DNA from: Phoronis australis
Lineage: Eukaryota; Animalia; Phoronida
Direction of reading: 5' to 3'
Assembly (NCBI GenBank): GCA_002633005.1
Contig: NMRA01000300.1
Span: 10,336-74,335 of the forward strand
DNA length: 64,000 nt
Positions 24,600 to 37,678 of this stretch are shown piece by piece; the first letter of the stretch is position 1, and every line of letters starts with the position of its first letter. A program made the position numbers and the translations under genes. The notes under the pieces are model-generated. The model saw nothing but the letters and a program-made list of their open reading frames with translations, was not told where the DNA came from and did no database searches.

Positions 24600-26790
24600 A
24601 ATAGTTGGATAAATGTAGATGTGATGAAGGAATCGTTCAGAATTTGGAAAGACCAAAAACTGATCTGCAATTATTACAAAATCGGAGAGTTCGTGTGCAA
24701 ATGATGAGAAGCAATGTCAAGTTGAGGACGGGGAAGTACATCATTTGTTATTGTATTAGAGAAGAGAATTTAGAAACGAGAAGTTGATGAAACATTTTAC
24801 TCAAATTAAATCCGAAATAACTAACTATTACTCCATTATTTTCACAATTTATCAAATTCAAGCGCCAACTCCTTTGCCTACAAGGAAATCCCCAATTGTG
24901 TTGAGCAACTGCATGACTTTATAACCGTGGGTGAATATTTTGAAGTTTTCAAAATTTGTAAAAACAATAAGTGTCCAGGAAATGACGATTTAAATTATGA
25001 GTTCTATAAACGTTTGCGACACGAAATCAAGAACCCTTCTCTTGAAGTATTTGAATATTTTCATTGGAGAATTATTTAAACCACGGAGACAAGACCCCAT
25101 ATAGCTTCTGCTTAAGCCTAACAATGATGCCGATCAACAAGTCTCTAGATATTTGAGGACCAATATCATTACAAAACACTGGTTAGGAACTATTACAAAA
25201 AGTCCTTAATTCCCGGGAAACAGGTTATTATTAAATATACAAATATTACTCTTGATCAGGGTCATTCTCTAAAGCATATTATACAATAAAATGAGATTTT
25301 ATTTTACAAACATTAAATGCTCTCAAGTTTGGACAGGTGTTTACACGGCGGTTAGTGTCAATTTATACAAAAACCAAAACAATTCTGTCAGTTATGGTTT
25401 CACCGCAAATTATTTCCGACAGAAAGGAACGTGAGCCAGAGTGGTTCCTTGTCAGGTTCATTACAAGTATTTTGGCTAGCTGTGGAAGTCAAACAAAATT
25501 GTGAAGTGTTATGCTACATGTAAGTCGAGAGAAGAGAGTGGCCTGACCCACTTAACGGCTTCAAGTGGATCGAGAAATCTGAGTCAAGTACTTAAGTGTA
25601 TCTCACAGTCATAATAAGAAAAGAAATGATTTTTTCTTAAATTTTGAACTAACAGTTATATCGCATTAAAAGGTATTTCATTGCCTGCCGGGAAAAGTCA
25701 CATTATTTCTTTGCTAGGCAGAATTAGTATAATAAAAACTTTTGCACTTCTTAAGATAGTCTATAAAATGCGTAATTTTGAGATGGATAGGGCAAATAGA
25801 ACGAAAGTTACCGTAACGCTATAATAAAAATTGTGTTTGGTAAGATAAATCCATTAGAATTAAAAAGGTGAGACTGTTGATTGTCGTGAACATGATGAAT
25901 ATTCTGTCCGTGGTGTAAATACCATGTTGAAATCCAGTGACGTGGGTTTGTCGCTGATTGGATGGAAACAATGCAGTTTGAAAGTTTCCAAATTATGCTT
26001 TCAAAGCATACGATGCTGTCTGATGTTCAAATCAAGTTTACTTAAGTTATAGTCTCTTGTAACTCTTGATGGCGTCTCGATTGATTAGGAATAAATCGTT
26101 GACTGGTTTCATGAGGACAAAGCAATTGAAAAATAAATCATGTGGAACAACAAAAACATGTTAATGATTTAATTTTTCAAAAGATTTTATGAGGCCGACA
26201 TCACTTTTATGAAGGATATTTTTGATTTTGAAAACGAATTCTTGACCTGGGAGATATTGAAAGAACTACAAAAGCTTTCAAACTGGATAAATTATGCAGC
26301 TTTAAAACGTAAATGTTCAGTAAAGGTGAAACCTCCGTAACCTTTTTCCAGTTAGATAAAACAACGACTCTGTTTCCTGGAAACATTTTGTTTTCAAAAA
26401 TTGTTTCGCCTTTGGATTTAGGATAAAGCTTGATTGAATAATTTACTCAAGAGAAAAAAGTCAAATTTGCTATTTTCCACACAAACTCTTGCCGGTTCTT
26501 TATTTTAGAACTTTCAAAAATTGTTGTATTCATGGAGGGATTTATACAGAAAGTGTTAAGAAAACAATACGATTAGCTAGTGAGGACAAACGTGCATCTT
26601 GTGGAGCTTAATATCATTTTGTGGAATGTGACATCGTGTAACTTTTGTGGTTCGAGATTTGGAAACACATACTTTTCTTAACTGCAAAACATGATTTAAT
26701 ATTTAAATAAAATGTTGTTTTGAAGGACGTTAAGTATCTGTCATTATTTCATTGATACAGCAAGTGTGCTAGAGATCAGGCGACCTAGTA
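24600..26790 (+). pseudogene. Heavily degraded Tx1/L1-clade LINE ORF2 (reverse transcriptase to C-terminal zinc knuckle)
   Basis: Ordered motif remnants in shifting frames: MRS-like (~24700), NNKCPGNDDLNYEFYK (~24963; consensus NKSPGxDGLxxEFYK), RPISLQNT (~25156), VSQSGSLS (~25430; GVRQGxPLS), SLLGRISIIKTFALLKIVY (~25710), WNNKN (~26143), and a Cys/His knuckle remnant (~26595-26650). Many stops and frameshifts. Confidence 0.8.
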
Positions 26791-28591
26791 ACACAGAAAT
26801 GTTAATGATGTAGCAAGTGCCACCTTGTGACTTCCTGGAGAACTGTGTGTACAAGTATAACCAGGAAAAGAAACAATTTGTGAAAAAAAAATGCGGTTTC
26901 AAAGATAAAATGGCAACTGATACACTTAAAAACAAATATGAACTTAAAGAAACCCTAGTAATTCCAAATGCTAAGCAATCATTATTTGACAGTGAAATGA
27001 ACAAATAATAAAAATATGCCTTGTTTTAGTAATGTAACGATGACATATTAGCATTCTCATTTACACAAAAATAGTCTCGCGAGATTGTAATGGTAACTGG
27101 TTCTCGGAAGACCCGAGGTTATTTGTAAACTAACACTTCATTTGCATACTCACAATTTAATGAGACGTAGCTACTTTAACTTTAATTATACAGGTAGTAC
27201 TTAAAAGTGTTGCAGGAGCATACGCGGATGGCATCTTGTGCATGTAGTAATTTGCATATCCTGATACGTTGGTCAGATATCGGGCGATGCTTGGCCGATC
27301 CATCTGATTAAGTTCTATGCCGATGCATAGAATGATCGACCGATTTTTTCTCGGATCAGTAACATTGTGTTCCAACTAAACAGGATACCTGGTGTAAAAC
27401 AGATATCCCGGGAAAAAGAAACTGGCCAATCGGTGTCGCAAATTTTCATGGCGCTGGAAGCCGACACAAAAATCGCACTACAAATTTAACAACAGAATAA
27501 TATAGAACGCCAATCTGACGTCATAAGTAGATGAAATTCTCATGTAATAAAACAACATATCAAACAATGTTTGACCGAACGTGCGGGAGAGTTGCTTCGG
27601 TCCCCGGATGTGCTGTCCGATCATCGGGGTTCCTGCTTTAAAGGCCGGGGTTCGTGTTTTTCAGGCTGGTTAGCTGTTTTGAAGGTGCGGGAGTCCGTTT
27701 ACAACTCCGGGATATATTGTTTTCACCGGGGTTCCTGTTTCGATGAGTAATAACGATGAGCCTATTCCGCGGACACATAAAGGTTCCGACACCAATCTGA
27801 TGAACATCGGCGGTGTTATTCAATATCGGCCTACAGTTCACTGGGCGCTGCTATAATCAATATCCACCTGTGTTCACCCGATCGCCTGCCATCTGCACGT
27901 CAACTTCCACTGGTCGGTCGACGTCATATGTCATCATTCGTGGGGCCAATGACCGAAAAACGCATCGACATCGCATTAGCATCGCCTTTGCGAACTTTGA
28001 GAGAGACCGATACTCCACATCCTACAAAATCCGCGCCCAATCAGCGGTATTGGGTGCTAGTGACCAAAACATCATATGAAATCGAAACTAGACCGATGAT
28101 CAAAGAGTTCTCCTCAAACAACACAATGTGAGAAAATTGGCTGGTTGCCACGAAGAGTTAAGCTTCGCCCGATCATGCACAGATTGGTACAGTTGTAAGT
28201 TATGACAACCACACCCGCTGATAATCTCCAAATAATTGCCTTACGATCTGCAGACATGGACATTTTATTGGAAAACTCGTCGGTTCGTTGTCGGCAGCTT
28301 TACTTGTTTATGACCGGAATTGGACGATGTGCAGTCGGTCAGTTCGAGCGATTATTCGTCTAATTGGAAGTAACATACTCCTTCAAAATAACTGTCAACC
28401 ATATTCTGGTCTCAAAGTAACAACATAAGCGGATTTGTTTTTCGTCATCATTTCTTAAAGTTGTTTGTATTCAAACTGGTTGTAACGAATCGCTTGGAAT
28501 TGCTCTGACAATGGTACCGTGTTGGTGGCTGAAACAGACCCGCCGTGTCAAGTAAGTGAATGGGTGTTGTCGGAAGCTATAATGACTCATC

Positions 28592-28945
28592 TATACTGCT
28601 GAAACCTGCAGATCAAAATGTGCCCCGTTCTTAGGGGTGCCAGGAAAGGAAAAGAGGAAGGCCATCGGTGTTCTAAGCGAGCAAGCGGAGAGGGCGTCGC
28701 AGTGGATATGGAAGAAGAGGAACAAGCTGTGGTGCAAGAAGACCAGGGGAAGTGGGCAGGCTTGTGATGCTGCATCAGTGAAGTAATAGGAGAGACGAGA
28801 CGAGCCATACAGTCCTGGACCGAGCCTGATCAACTCGGATGGCGCACCTCCAGAGGTCATTGTAGACAGCGCCGATACGGCTGAGGAGGGAGAATATCCA
28901 CCTGAAGAGGACTGGCGCCAATGACATATCAGATCGTTTAAAGGT
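28592..28945 (+). mobile_element. 5'-truncated Hero-like (RLE-type non-LTR) retrotransposon: ORF C-terminus and 3' UTR
   Basis: One + frame encodes LGVPGKEKRKAIGVLSEQAERASQWIWKKRNKLW. This matches the Hero-clade C-terminal pattern (LGxxGxxrrxAixxxxxxAExASxWlWxkR...W) as I recall it. It is followed by a GC-rich 3' UTR-like tract. The peptide is missing from the ORF track because it lacks a start codon. Confidence 0.75.
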
Positions 28946-29569
28946 AAAAGTAAGTTCTAAAAACTTGCTTTTGTTTGGCAGACGAAACAGCGGCTTAGAG
29001 CTCGACTTGGAATGTTTCAGGCAGTCGTCAGACAGCAAGCATAACCGCCCGTTATCGTTTTCTTTATCTGTCATCGGACTACGCCTGTCAATACGTCATC
29101 GGCTGATTAGATGATGCACAATATCAGTTAGCGAGGACGGTGAAGTATTTGATGCGCAAATTATCAAGACACAAAAGTTCTGGAAACTGTCTACATATTT
29201 CTCCTGGCCTGAGGCTGTAGAGGTGACTGGCTCCTTTTTCTGGTTATTGACGATTGACTAATTTCAAGGAAAATTTCATAGCCCCGTGTCTTGTGTTCCC
29301 TATTAGCAATTCTGAAAAGGTTCTGAATCATGAGTAGGACAACCTAACGTTATACAGGGCCTTATCGACAAGTGCATGCATATGCATAACGAATAGAAAG
29401 TCTACAGACTTTCAGATTCAGAGCAATCAGCCATTAATTCGGTCACGTGACCATGCCTTTTTGGTACAGGTTTAAGTAGATTCTTCAGAGCAAATCGACG
29501 GCATTGATAAGAGGACCAAAATCCGTTATTCAAGGTATAAACGTTCATGCTGATATCTCAAAAAATTTA

Positions 29570-32500
29570 TAGTCCGGGAGCCAAATGCTGTTTTTTACTT
29601 AAAATGGATTTGCCGGATAAAGTTTTTTCTTTGCTGTTTCATGTAGCCTATGCATATTTAATCATGATTTAGGGGGTTTACCGTTCCCAACCCTTGAGTA
29701 TTTTTTAAAAAAAGCAAATTAAGGTCGCCATTATGCAAAATTCTATTTTTGCTTATAATTTCCTCACCAAGCATTGCATTCAGGTAATTTTGACATTTTT
29801 ACCCGTGTTTTCATGGTCAACGAATTTAATAGTGCAAGTTTTTTTGGTGATACATTGTCAATTTGCATAATTTATGCAAATTAAGGCCGTCATTATGCAA
29901 AATCCTATTTTTGCCCATAATTTCCTTATCAAGCACTGCAGGCAGGTTATTTGGATGCTTTCACCCATGTTTCCATGTTTTTGGGTGGATACATCGTCAA
30001 TTTGCATAATTTATGCAAATTAAGGCCGCCATTATTCAAAATTTTTTCTTGATCTAAAAGCCATGGCACCAATCATCACATCTGATTTATCATGATATTT
30101 GCACCTATGTTTCTATGGTCAATTAGTTTAATGAAAAATCAGTTTGCATGTTGTTGTGTGATAAATTTGCATAATTAATGCAAATTAAGGCCGCCATTAC
30201 TCAAACTTTTTACTTGATCTAAAAGCCATGGTACCAATCATCACATGTGATTTATCATGATATTTGCACCTATGTTTCTATGGGCAATTAGTTTAATGAA
30301 ATCAGTTTACATGTTGTTGTATGATAAATTTGCATAATTAATGAAAATTAAGGCCACCATTATTCAAAATCATGTTTCGCTTAAACGCCCTTACCAAACA
30401 CTTCAGACAGGTTACTTTAATGTTTTCACCCATGCTTCCATGGTCAGTGCATTTAATGGACCTCCTTTGCTGGTAGATACATCGTGAATTTGCAGATTAA
30501 TATATGCAAATTAAGGCCGCCATTATTCAGAATTCTACTTTTGCTTACAGCTGGAATATCAGGCATCTCAAGTAAACTATTTCAACGTCTTTACCCAATG
30601 TTTCTGTGAAATCATTTGGCAAGTTGTTGCATTTTGAATTTTCATAATTTATACAAATAAAGAACATCGGTATTCCAAATATTGTTTCTGCTCATAATTT
30701 CCTTACGGGTATTACATGTAAATTATTTTCGAATTTATCACATGCTTTCATGGTTATCATGAATTTGCATAATTGATAATTTACACAAATTACAGCTGTC
30801 ATATTCAAAATTCTACTTGTGGTTATATCTGCTGCATCAGACACAGAGGTTAGTTATAAATATTTGCACCCATGTTTCAGTGGTTAATGAACTTAATGAA
30901 ATCTGTTTGCTGGCTGTAGCATAATAAATTTGCAGAATCTCCTTTTTGATGATGACGTACGAAAATATTTGGTGTAGTGTGTGTTCTGTAGTTTTGAGAC
31001 CTTAAACTCTAAAAAAGATGTTGACTACGCTCCCATAGACCATAGAAAAAACGCAGATTAGTTTAATGACTTGGGTGAATGCTGGAATGGGGATCGGAGC
31101 GATCAGTTTATTGGGACTACATTGATGAGATACGAATACAGTGGTGAAGGAATACTAAGAATATGCCTTCAAAGAAAGAGACTCTTAAGTTTTGGGCACA
31201 AGTTGCCATTTGCCCGACAAGATTGAAACAGATCTTGGAGAGATGGAGAGCGGTCAACATTAGATCATGTACTAATACCTATCACAGGGAAGAAAGTAAG
31301 GCATGTCTTGATGCACATGCCCAGGATATTGCACAAATCCGTCAAAAGTAGATACCAGCATCGATCTATTGGATCCCAAGGTCCATCCCAAAGACGCAGT
31401 AGCGAATATTAGCAGTGGCAGGATTGCTACTCCAACAGTTAATGTATATGAAACAATAAGCATTGGGCAGGCAATGTTATCAGACTTCGAGAAAGGCTAG
31501 CAGTATGTTAGGAACACAAGTAGGTAATCACTGATGAAGATCTTTATTCCTTAATATAGTACAAGGACATTGGAAACATCCCACGAAGAACCTAGCTCCA
31601 TTATTGTGCAACAGGACGTTAAATGTACATATGGTTGTTTCGGATGACAAAAATATATTTGTCCTTCATCTGCATTACTGAGACAAGGAACAGCTTCAAA
31701 TACCACAACCATGAAATCACCTAATAAGCGCAGAACAGTCGTAGACATACAGGTAAAGTTAACACTGGAAACATGTAGCGATAGTCTCCTTCCTGCCCAT
31801 GCGCTGTAGGGGTGTAACCCGGTGGCTTTCTACTGTGGAGCTGGAAAGGGATCAATCGTTAAAATATTGAAGGCTGGACATGACCTGCCTCCCATCGGCA
31901 CATTTAATGCACATTTTTCTGATATCATGAAACAGGGCACTAAATGTATGTGTGCCTGTTATGGAATGAAGAGAAACAGGAAGATGTCAGGAACCAGACT
32001 ACTGGTATGGGCAAGAGAAAAGGCAAGAAATATATATATATCTGCCCCAAACTGTCATCGACAACAGAGGCATTCTCAGAGAATGTAAACGTAAACAGAT
32101 CCCATTACCAGTCAGTCATGTGGTTTGAATGTCACCAGCACTAGATCCAGAGGACTATGGACGGAAGAAAGATGCCATAAACAAATCACTCTCACCATCT
32201 ATAAATCAGCATGATGTCCAACTCGGTCCTATTGCAAACTGGTGTTGAGGTGTGACTGCAATGGTTAGATTCCTCGAAATTCAAGTGGATACAATTTCAG
32301 TGTCAATTTTCTACTCCTGACAATATTTCGGGCATGTTATACTGTAGTGTGCCCACGTTCCAAGTATTGAATTAGCGTTTGAAGCGTCTTATGACTGGTC
32401 TCCATTAGATAAGCTATGTCCTGGGTTTATGCAATTGAACAATTCGGTCATCTACTACATATACCCTGGGTATCAGACAAAACTATAATTTGTAATGTTG

Positions 32501-33227
32501 TGTAATAAGTTACAGATTATTTATATCATTGATGTAATAACAGATTACATTAAATTCATCAGTAAAAATACCAAAATAATTTACATGTAGTGCTCCCGTA
32601 AGAAAGCAGAAATAGAATTTTTAATAATGGCCTCCTTTATTTTCATAAATTATGCTAATTTATCATGCAACTTGCAAACTGATTTCATTAACCTAGTTGA
32701 TCATAGCAACATAGGTTCAAATATCATGAGAGTTTACCTGTGGTGCTTGGTCCCGCAACCATAAGCACAAGTAGAATTTTGAATAATGGCGCCCTTAATG
32801 TGCATTAGTTATGAAAAATTGCATTAATAATGCAAATTTACCATACAACAATATGCAAACCGATTTCATTAAACTAATTGACCAAAAGAATATAAGTGGA
32901 AGTATCATGATTGTTCATCTGTGGTGCATAAATTATGCAAATTTACAATATATTCACCAAACAACTTGCCCTGTTAAATACGGTGACCATGGAAACATGC
33001 GTAAAAACGTCACAATTATCTGTCTGCAGTGATTGCTAAGGAAATTATATGCAAAATTAGAATTTTTCATAATGGCGACCTTAATTTGCATATATATATA
33101 AAAATGCTCAAGGGTTGCGAGCAGTCACCCCCCTAAATCCTAGTTACTTAACCCTAGGCTACATGAAACAGCAAAGAAAAATACTTTATCCGGCAAAACC
33201 AGGTGCAACCCCGTGGCTCCCAGACTA
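29570..33227 (+). mobile_element. Internally deleted Academ (AcademX-like) DNA transposon
   Basis: TAG...CTA termini: tagtccgggagcca...gccggataaagt...tttctttgctgtttcatgtagccta is inverted at ~33060-33227. Long subterminal repeat arrays and degraded coding remnants lie inside. The TSD was not recovered (tta versus aca). Confidence 0.85.
31075..32262 (+). pseudogene. Degraded Academ transposase C-terminal region with XPG/FEN-like nuclease domain
   Basis: Ordered remnants: WNG..SDQFIGTTLMRY (~31083), HREESK (~31283), NISSGRIATPTVNV (~31405), SHEE..SIIVQQ (~31579; THEEAD), SDDKNIFVL (~31640; DDTDV), LLPAHAL*GCNPVAFYCGAGKG (~31786; HALSGCDT..GxGK), TTEAFSENV, HYQSVMW, LDPEDYG, CxC. Stops and frameshifts throughout. 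Confidence 0.8.
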
Positions 33228-33469
33228 ACAGCATTTGTAAACTATACTTTCATTTTTGTCTTATGCAAGTTTTGCTGTTTCAGAACCATCATAAAAGAGT
33301 GGGACATTTTAACAACAATTCTTAACATTGTATTCGGAAACAGTTCAACAATGATAACGCATAGTATTTGAATGTTCCAGCTGAATCATGCCACCAACAC
33401 ATAGGAATACTTGTGTGTGTGGGCGTCAATGCGCATGCCTCAGTTTGAATGTTTGGCGGCATGTGCGAA

Positions 33470-34385
33470 CTTTCGGACGGATCCGACCAACTGTGTGCCC
33501 CCTAGTGGCAATTTTAGTTTTTTTACGCTTACCTTTGTATCTTCAAAAGTCCTGAACGGATTTTCATGAAATTTGGTATGTAGGCAACTATTAGTGAGAT
33601 GACACTATCCTCCCGTTTTCAGATGGATTCGACATAGTTTGCGCCACCTAGTGGCCATTTTTACTGTTTTCGAGTCTGTATTTTTGCGTCCACCCCTCTA
33701 TCAACCAAACCGCTCAAAGGATGATTGTGAAAATTGGCGTGTGTTTGTGCTTACTATAAAGAGGACAGCTGACAATGATTTTCAGACGATTTGGACTACT
33801 CTGGCGCCTCCTAGTGACAGTTTTGCTTTTTTCCGCCTATGGCTGTATCTCAAAAGCCGTTCGCAGGATTTTTACGAAATTTAATAAGTGTATTTATATT
33901 ATGTTAACAACAGACGATGACGACTTTTGGACGGATCCGCCTACCAGTGTGCCCCCAAGTGGCAATTTTATTTTTTTACGTTTACCTCTGTATCTTCACA
34001 AGTCCTTAACGGATTTTCATGAAATTTGGTATGTAGGCACCAATTAGTGCGATGACGCTATCCTCCCGTTTTCGGATGGATTCAACCAAGTTTGCGACAC
34101 CCAGTGGCCACTTTTACTGTTTTTGAGTCTGTTTTTGGCGTCCACACCTCTATCAACCAAACCGCTATAAGTATGATTGTGAAAATAGGCATGTATGTTC
34201 TTACTATGATGAGGACGGTTGACGCTGAATTTCCCATGACTTTGATTACTATGGCGCCTCCTAGTGGTATTTTTTTTTGCGCCCATGGCTGTTGACAACG
34301 GACGATGACGACTTTAGGATGAATTCTGACTACCGGTATGCCTCTAGTGGCAATTTTAGTATTTTACATTGACCTCTGTATTTTC
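33470..34385. repeat. Higher-order tandem repeat (~450-bp unit of three ~150-bp subunits), probably inside a dispersed element
   Basis: ggacggatccg...gtgcccc..agtggcaatttta...ggattttcatgaaatttggtatgtaggca recurs at ~33476 and ~33929, with a partial third copy at ~34315. Confidence 0.8.
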
Positions 34386-34942
34386 ATAGGTCTTCAGGTG
34401 TATACTTTGTGTTAATTCGTGACTATGAAGGAAAAGTTCCAAGTAGAAATTTGTTTCTGGCATTCTAATGATGTGCTAATCTCGTATGTTGGTAAATTTG
34501 TTTTTAATTCTATGTTTCTGTGGTGCTTTAAGCAACTGGCGTATAGGATGTGCTTGTATTATGAAGATCACTCACATTTTGCCCCTAGCCTATTGAGGAG
34601 ACAATGACCATGCCTTTCCATTTTTCAAAGTACACATATGCCCTCTACTGGCCACTTTATTGTACCAATAAACAACCCTAGAAGGATACCGTATGCGGTG
34701 CAATTGTGGGCGCATTTCAACGCTCTGCGTTGCTCTTGTTGTTTTACTTGTCAAATCTTTAGTGTGCGACAAAACACGATATTGGGTAGGATGCATGGAT
34801 TTCATTAATTTGTTCTTGATGTAGCATACACAGGCCACAAAGGAATTTCTTAATTGATGAAGCAGTAGACTTCATTTCTCAACATCATGCAGTGTGAATG
34901 TTGCTTCGTTCTGCAAATCAATGAGAAGCCATGTTACGCGAT

Positions 34943-35237
34943 CCCTTTACTCATCATAGCACTGGGTACTGAGGGTGGACATGTATATCCTTTCACGCGT
35001 CATGGCACTGGGAAAGGGTGCACACGCATATCCTTTGACTCATCATAGCACTGAGAAACGGTGAACATGCATATCCTTTGATAGCACTGAGAAAGGGTGA
35101 AAACGCATACCCTTTCACGCATTATAGCACTGAGAAAGGGTGAACACGCATACCCTTTCACTCATCATAGCACTGGAATAGGTTGAACAGGCCTATCCTT
35201 TCAGGCGTCATAGCACTGAGAAAGGGTGAACACGCAT
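34943..35237. repeat. ~41-bp minisatellite
   Basis: About 7 copies of catagcactgagaaagggtgaacacgcatatcctttcac-like units. Confidence 0.85.
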
Positions 35238-36149
35238 TCACCAACATGCAACATTTGACTCACCAACTTGCTGACGTCATCACAATGAGGTTTTTCTCAT
35301 GGTGTACCGAGCTGTTTCCTAAAATAACTGCAAACTAGATTATTAACAAAAAGATTCTGCAAAGTCACTGTGATATTTTTGACATGGGGCAGATGCCCGA
35401 GCTCCATCTTCTGGCGGTTCAGCAACGTAGGAGAAATAGTACAGCGAGTTTTTAATTCCTGAAATGTTTTGATTTATAGTTTATGGATCAAGTGCTTTAC
35501 TGGCAATTTACGAATGACAATCTTCATAATCTACTCAGGAGAATTTTAACCTTCTTGTGACCTGTTCTAATACTCTGTGTATAAAAATCCTCGGAGCTCT
35601 CAGATCGAGAAGCCTGTTCTGTGTACTCTATGATCGACGCGCAGCGTGACTTTGAGTAGAGACTGCTTGTGAATACTCACAGGCGGTGTTCGTGTCACCT
35701 GTTCATTCTCCGTACCAGGAAATTCTGACCTCTGTTTGATGAACTCTCAAACTGGACAATGTCGACGAAGTTTCTACGCACAAAACTAATTATGGCTAAA
35801 TCTTTACAAAATTTCGACTGGAATTGCGCTATCCACGTCTTCAATATCGTGACAACTTGATGTTCAAGTCCATTATATATACGATTAGCGTTAAGACGCA
35901 ATACCGTCATGTTAAATTCCGACAAAGATTATACAAAAAACGCTCGTTTATGCTACAAAAAATCGCCTAAACTGCCAAACCAAAGTTCTGGCCGGACGTC
36001 AGTCCAAGTTTAGCAGAAATATCCCGAAATGCGTCCAGTTTAGTTTCAAACTTTATGTATTTAAGTATCATTGCTAACGTGGGATGAGATAGCTATGCGG
36101 TAATAACGAAGTGGGAAAGTACAAACAAAATTTTTGACTCAAGCCTTAA

Positions 36150-36533
36150 AGGCACTCTGTCCTTTACATTCATCAATTTAGAACACAGGATGATTTTCAT
36201 CAGTCATCTAAAGATGATATCACTAAAATATTTTGGTAACTCTAAACACTGCTTGTGTTTGCTATTTCACTATTATTTCAAAAAGAGGGCTGGATTTCCG
36301 CATAATCCTCATTACGTATGGCGGGAGTTGAATGAGCACCCTAATGCGTGAGCCAGCTGTCACTCACTACTGCGGCCATTTAAGTTGATGGTCCACAACC
36401 ACCAAAAGGATCGAGAATATTTGAAGTTGTGTTGAACGAGGATTATTTGGTTTACGTTATAACAGAACTAGTCGCAATAATTTAAAATTCGTTGTATGAA
36501 GTTTTTAACTAAAATAAAGCGGAAAGGGTATCT
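36150..36533. mobile_element. Small Kolobok-type MITE (TTAA TSD)
   Basis: TTAA|aggcactctgtcc ... ggaaagggtatct|TTAA, with a 9/13 TIR match. Confidence 0.55.
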
Positions 36534-37368
36534 TTAAGTCATTCCTCTTGAAACGAGGTCGAACGATGTTGCATTGAAACACGGAGTTCTAGAATTAACT
36601 GAACACTGCACAATAAAGATGTGTGCACTAATGGTCTCACTGCACATACTATTTCATCTTGATTACACGTTGGTCACTGAAAAATTCGGTCGGCATTCGT
36701 AAACCCCAGGAAACTATTTATGATAGGCAGTTCTTAACAGATGTCCTGTATCGTAGTCTGAGTTACCTTGACGTGAACAGTCTGCCGCAGTTCAGTAAGT
36801 CGACCCAATTTATAGCCTGGGGCATGGGCCAAACACGGGGGTGTTGGAGATCCCAGACATACCAGGTCTTAAAAGGCTGACGCCATACTGTGTACCGTGG
36901 CGGCACCCGCGTCTGCTCTCCGCCAAATAACAATCCTGCAATGTTCCATGATCATATCTGAACTAAACTTACGCTAACGGAGAAGTCTCGCTCACTGGCA
37001 TCGCTAGTGCTGTCACTGAAGAGGACACCCTAAATTTAAATATTACAGTAAATAAAATAAAGTAATAGATAAATTCTCAGCCTTTAAATACTCTTTACAT
37101 TGTTTCTAAGATTCCAGACGTGCCACCAATCAAAATGTTTACCAATTCAGGATTATTAGTATCGTAACTTGCTGCCCTAATTGTAACATACCGATATTAC
37201 TATCGAGTTTTCTATGTTTATTACAATTCTAAGTTTATTATATTTCTAAGACATTTTGTAGTGAAGCACCAGAAACAAAAACTAGGGTTAACCACTCTAT
37301 GTTAATGTTTAGCGTGAAAAAACATTTGATCGATGTTCATAGGACTTCGCAGGTTTTCACTGACATTC

Positions 37369-37678
37369 CAGGGGTGGATCCAAAATTTTGAGTTAGGGAG
37401 GGGGGGGGGGTTCAGGGCACGGGAATAACCAGAATTTCGACAGATGCGCGCGCCAACCTAAAATGTGGGGACGCAGAGGCCTCGAATGTTTGGGGTTGCG
37501 GACATGTTGAACAAAAAAAAAACGGTAAACGGGGTTTGTTCAGTTTGTTCAGAGCCTATGCGTTGTTTATTCACCCCCGACGAGCCCCTGCTTGCGCGCA
37601 CCCGAACTCCCAAATGGTATCTGGTAGAATTTTAGGGGGGGAAGGCCCCCTTGCCCCCCCGCCCTAAATCCGCCACTG
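37369..37678. mobile_element. hAT-like MITE with 5-bp TSD (hAT5-like)
   Basis: Termini caggggtggatcca / taaatccgccactg with G-rich and C-rich subtermini, flanked by cattc on both sides (37364-37368 and 37679-37683). Confidence 0.7.

Noticed and set aside
36730-37030. GC-richer tract resembling a SINE or retroposon tail, containing ctgaagag
   Set aside because: No pol III boxes, TSD or complete hammerhead core could be established.
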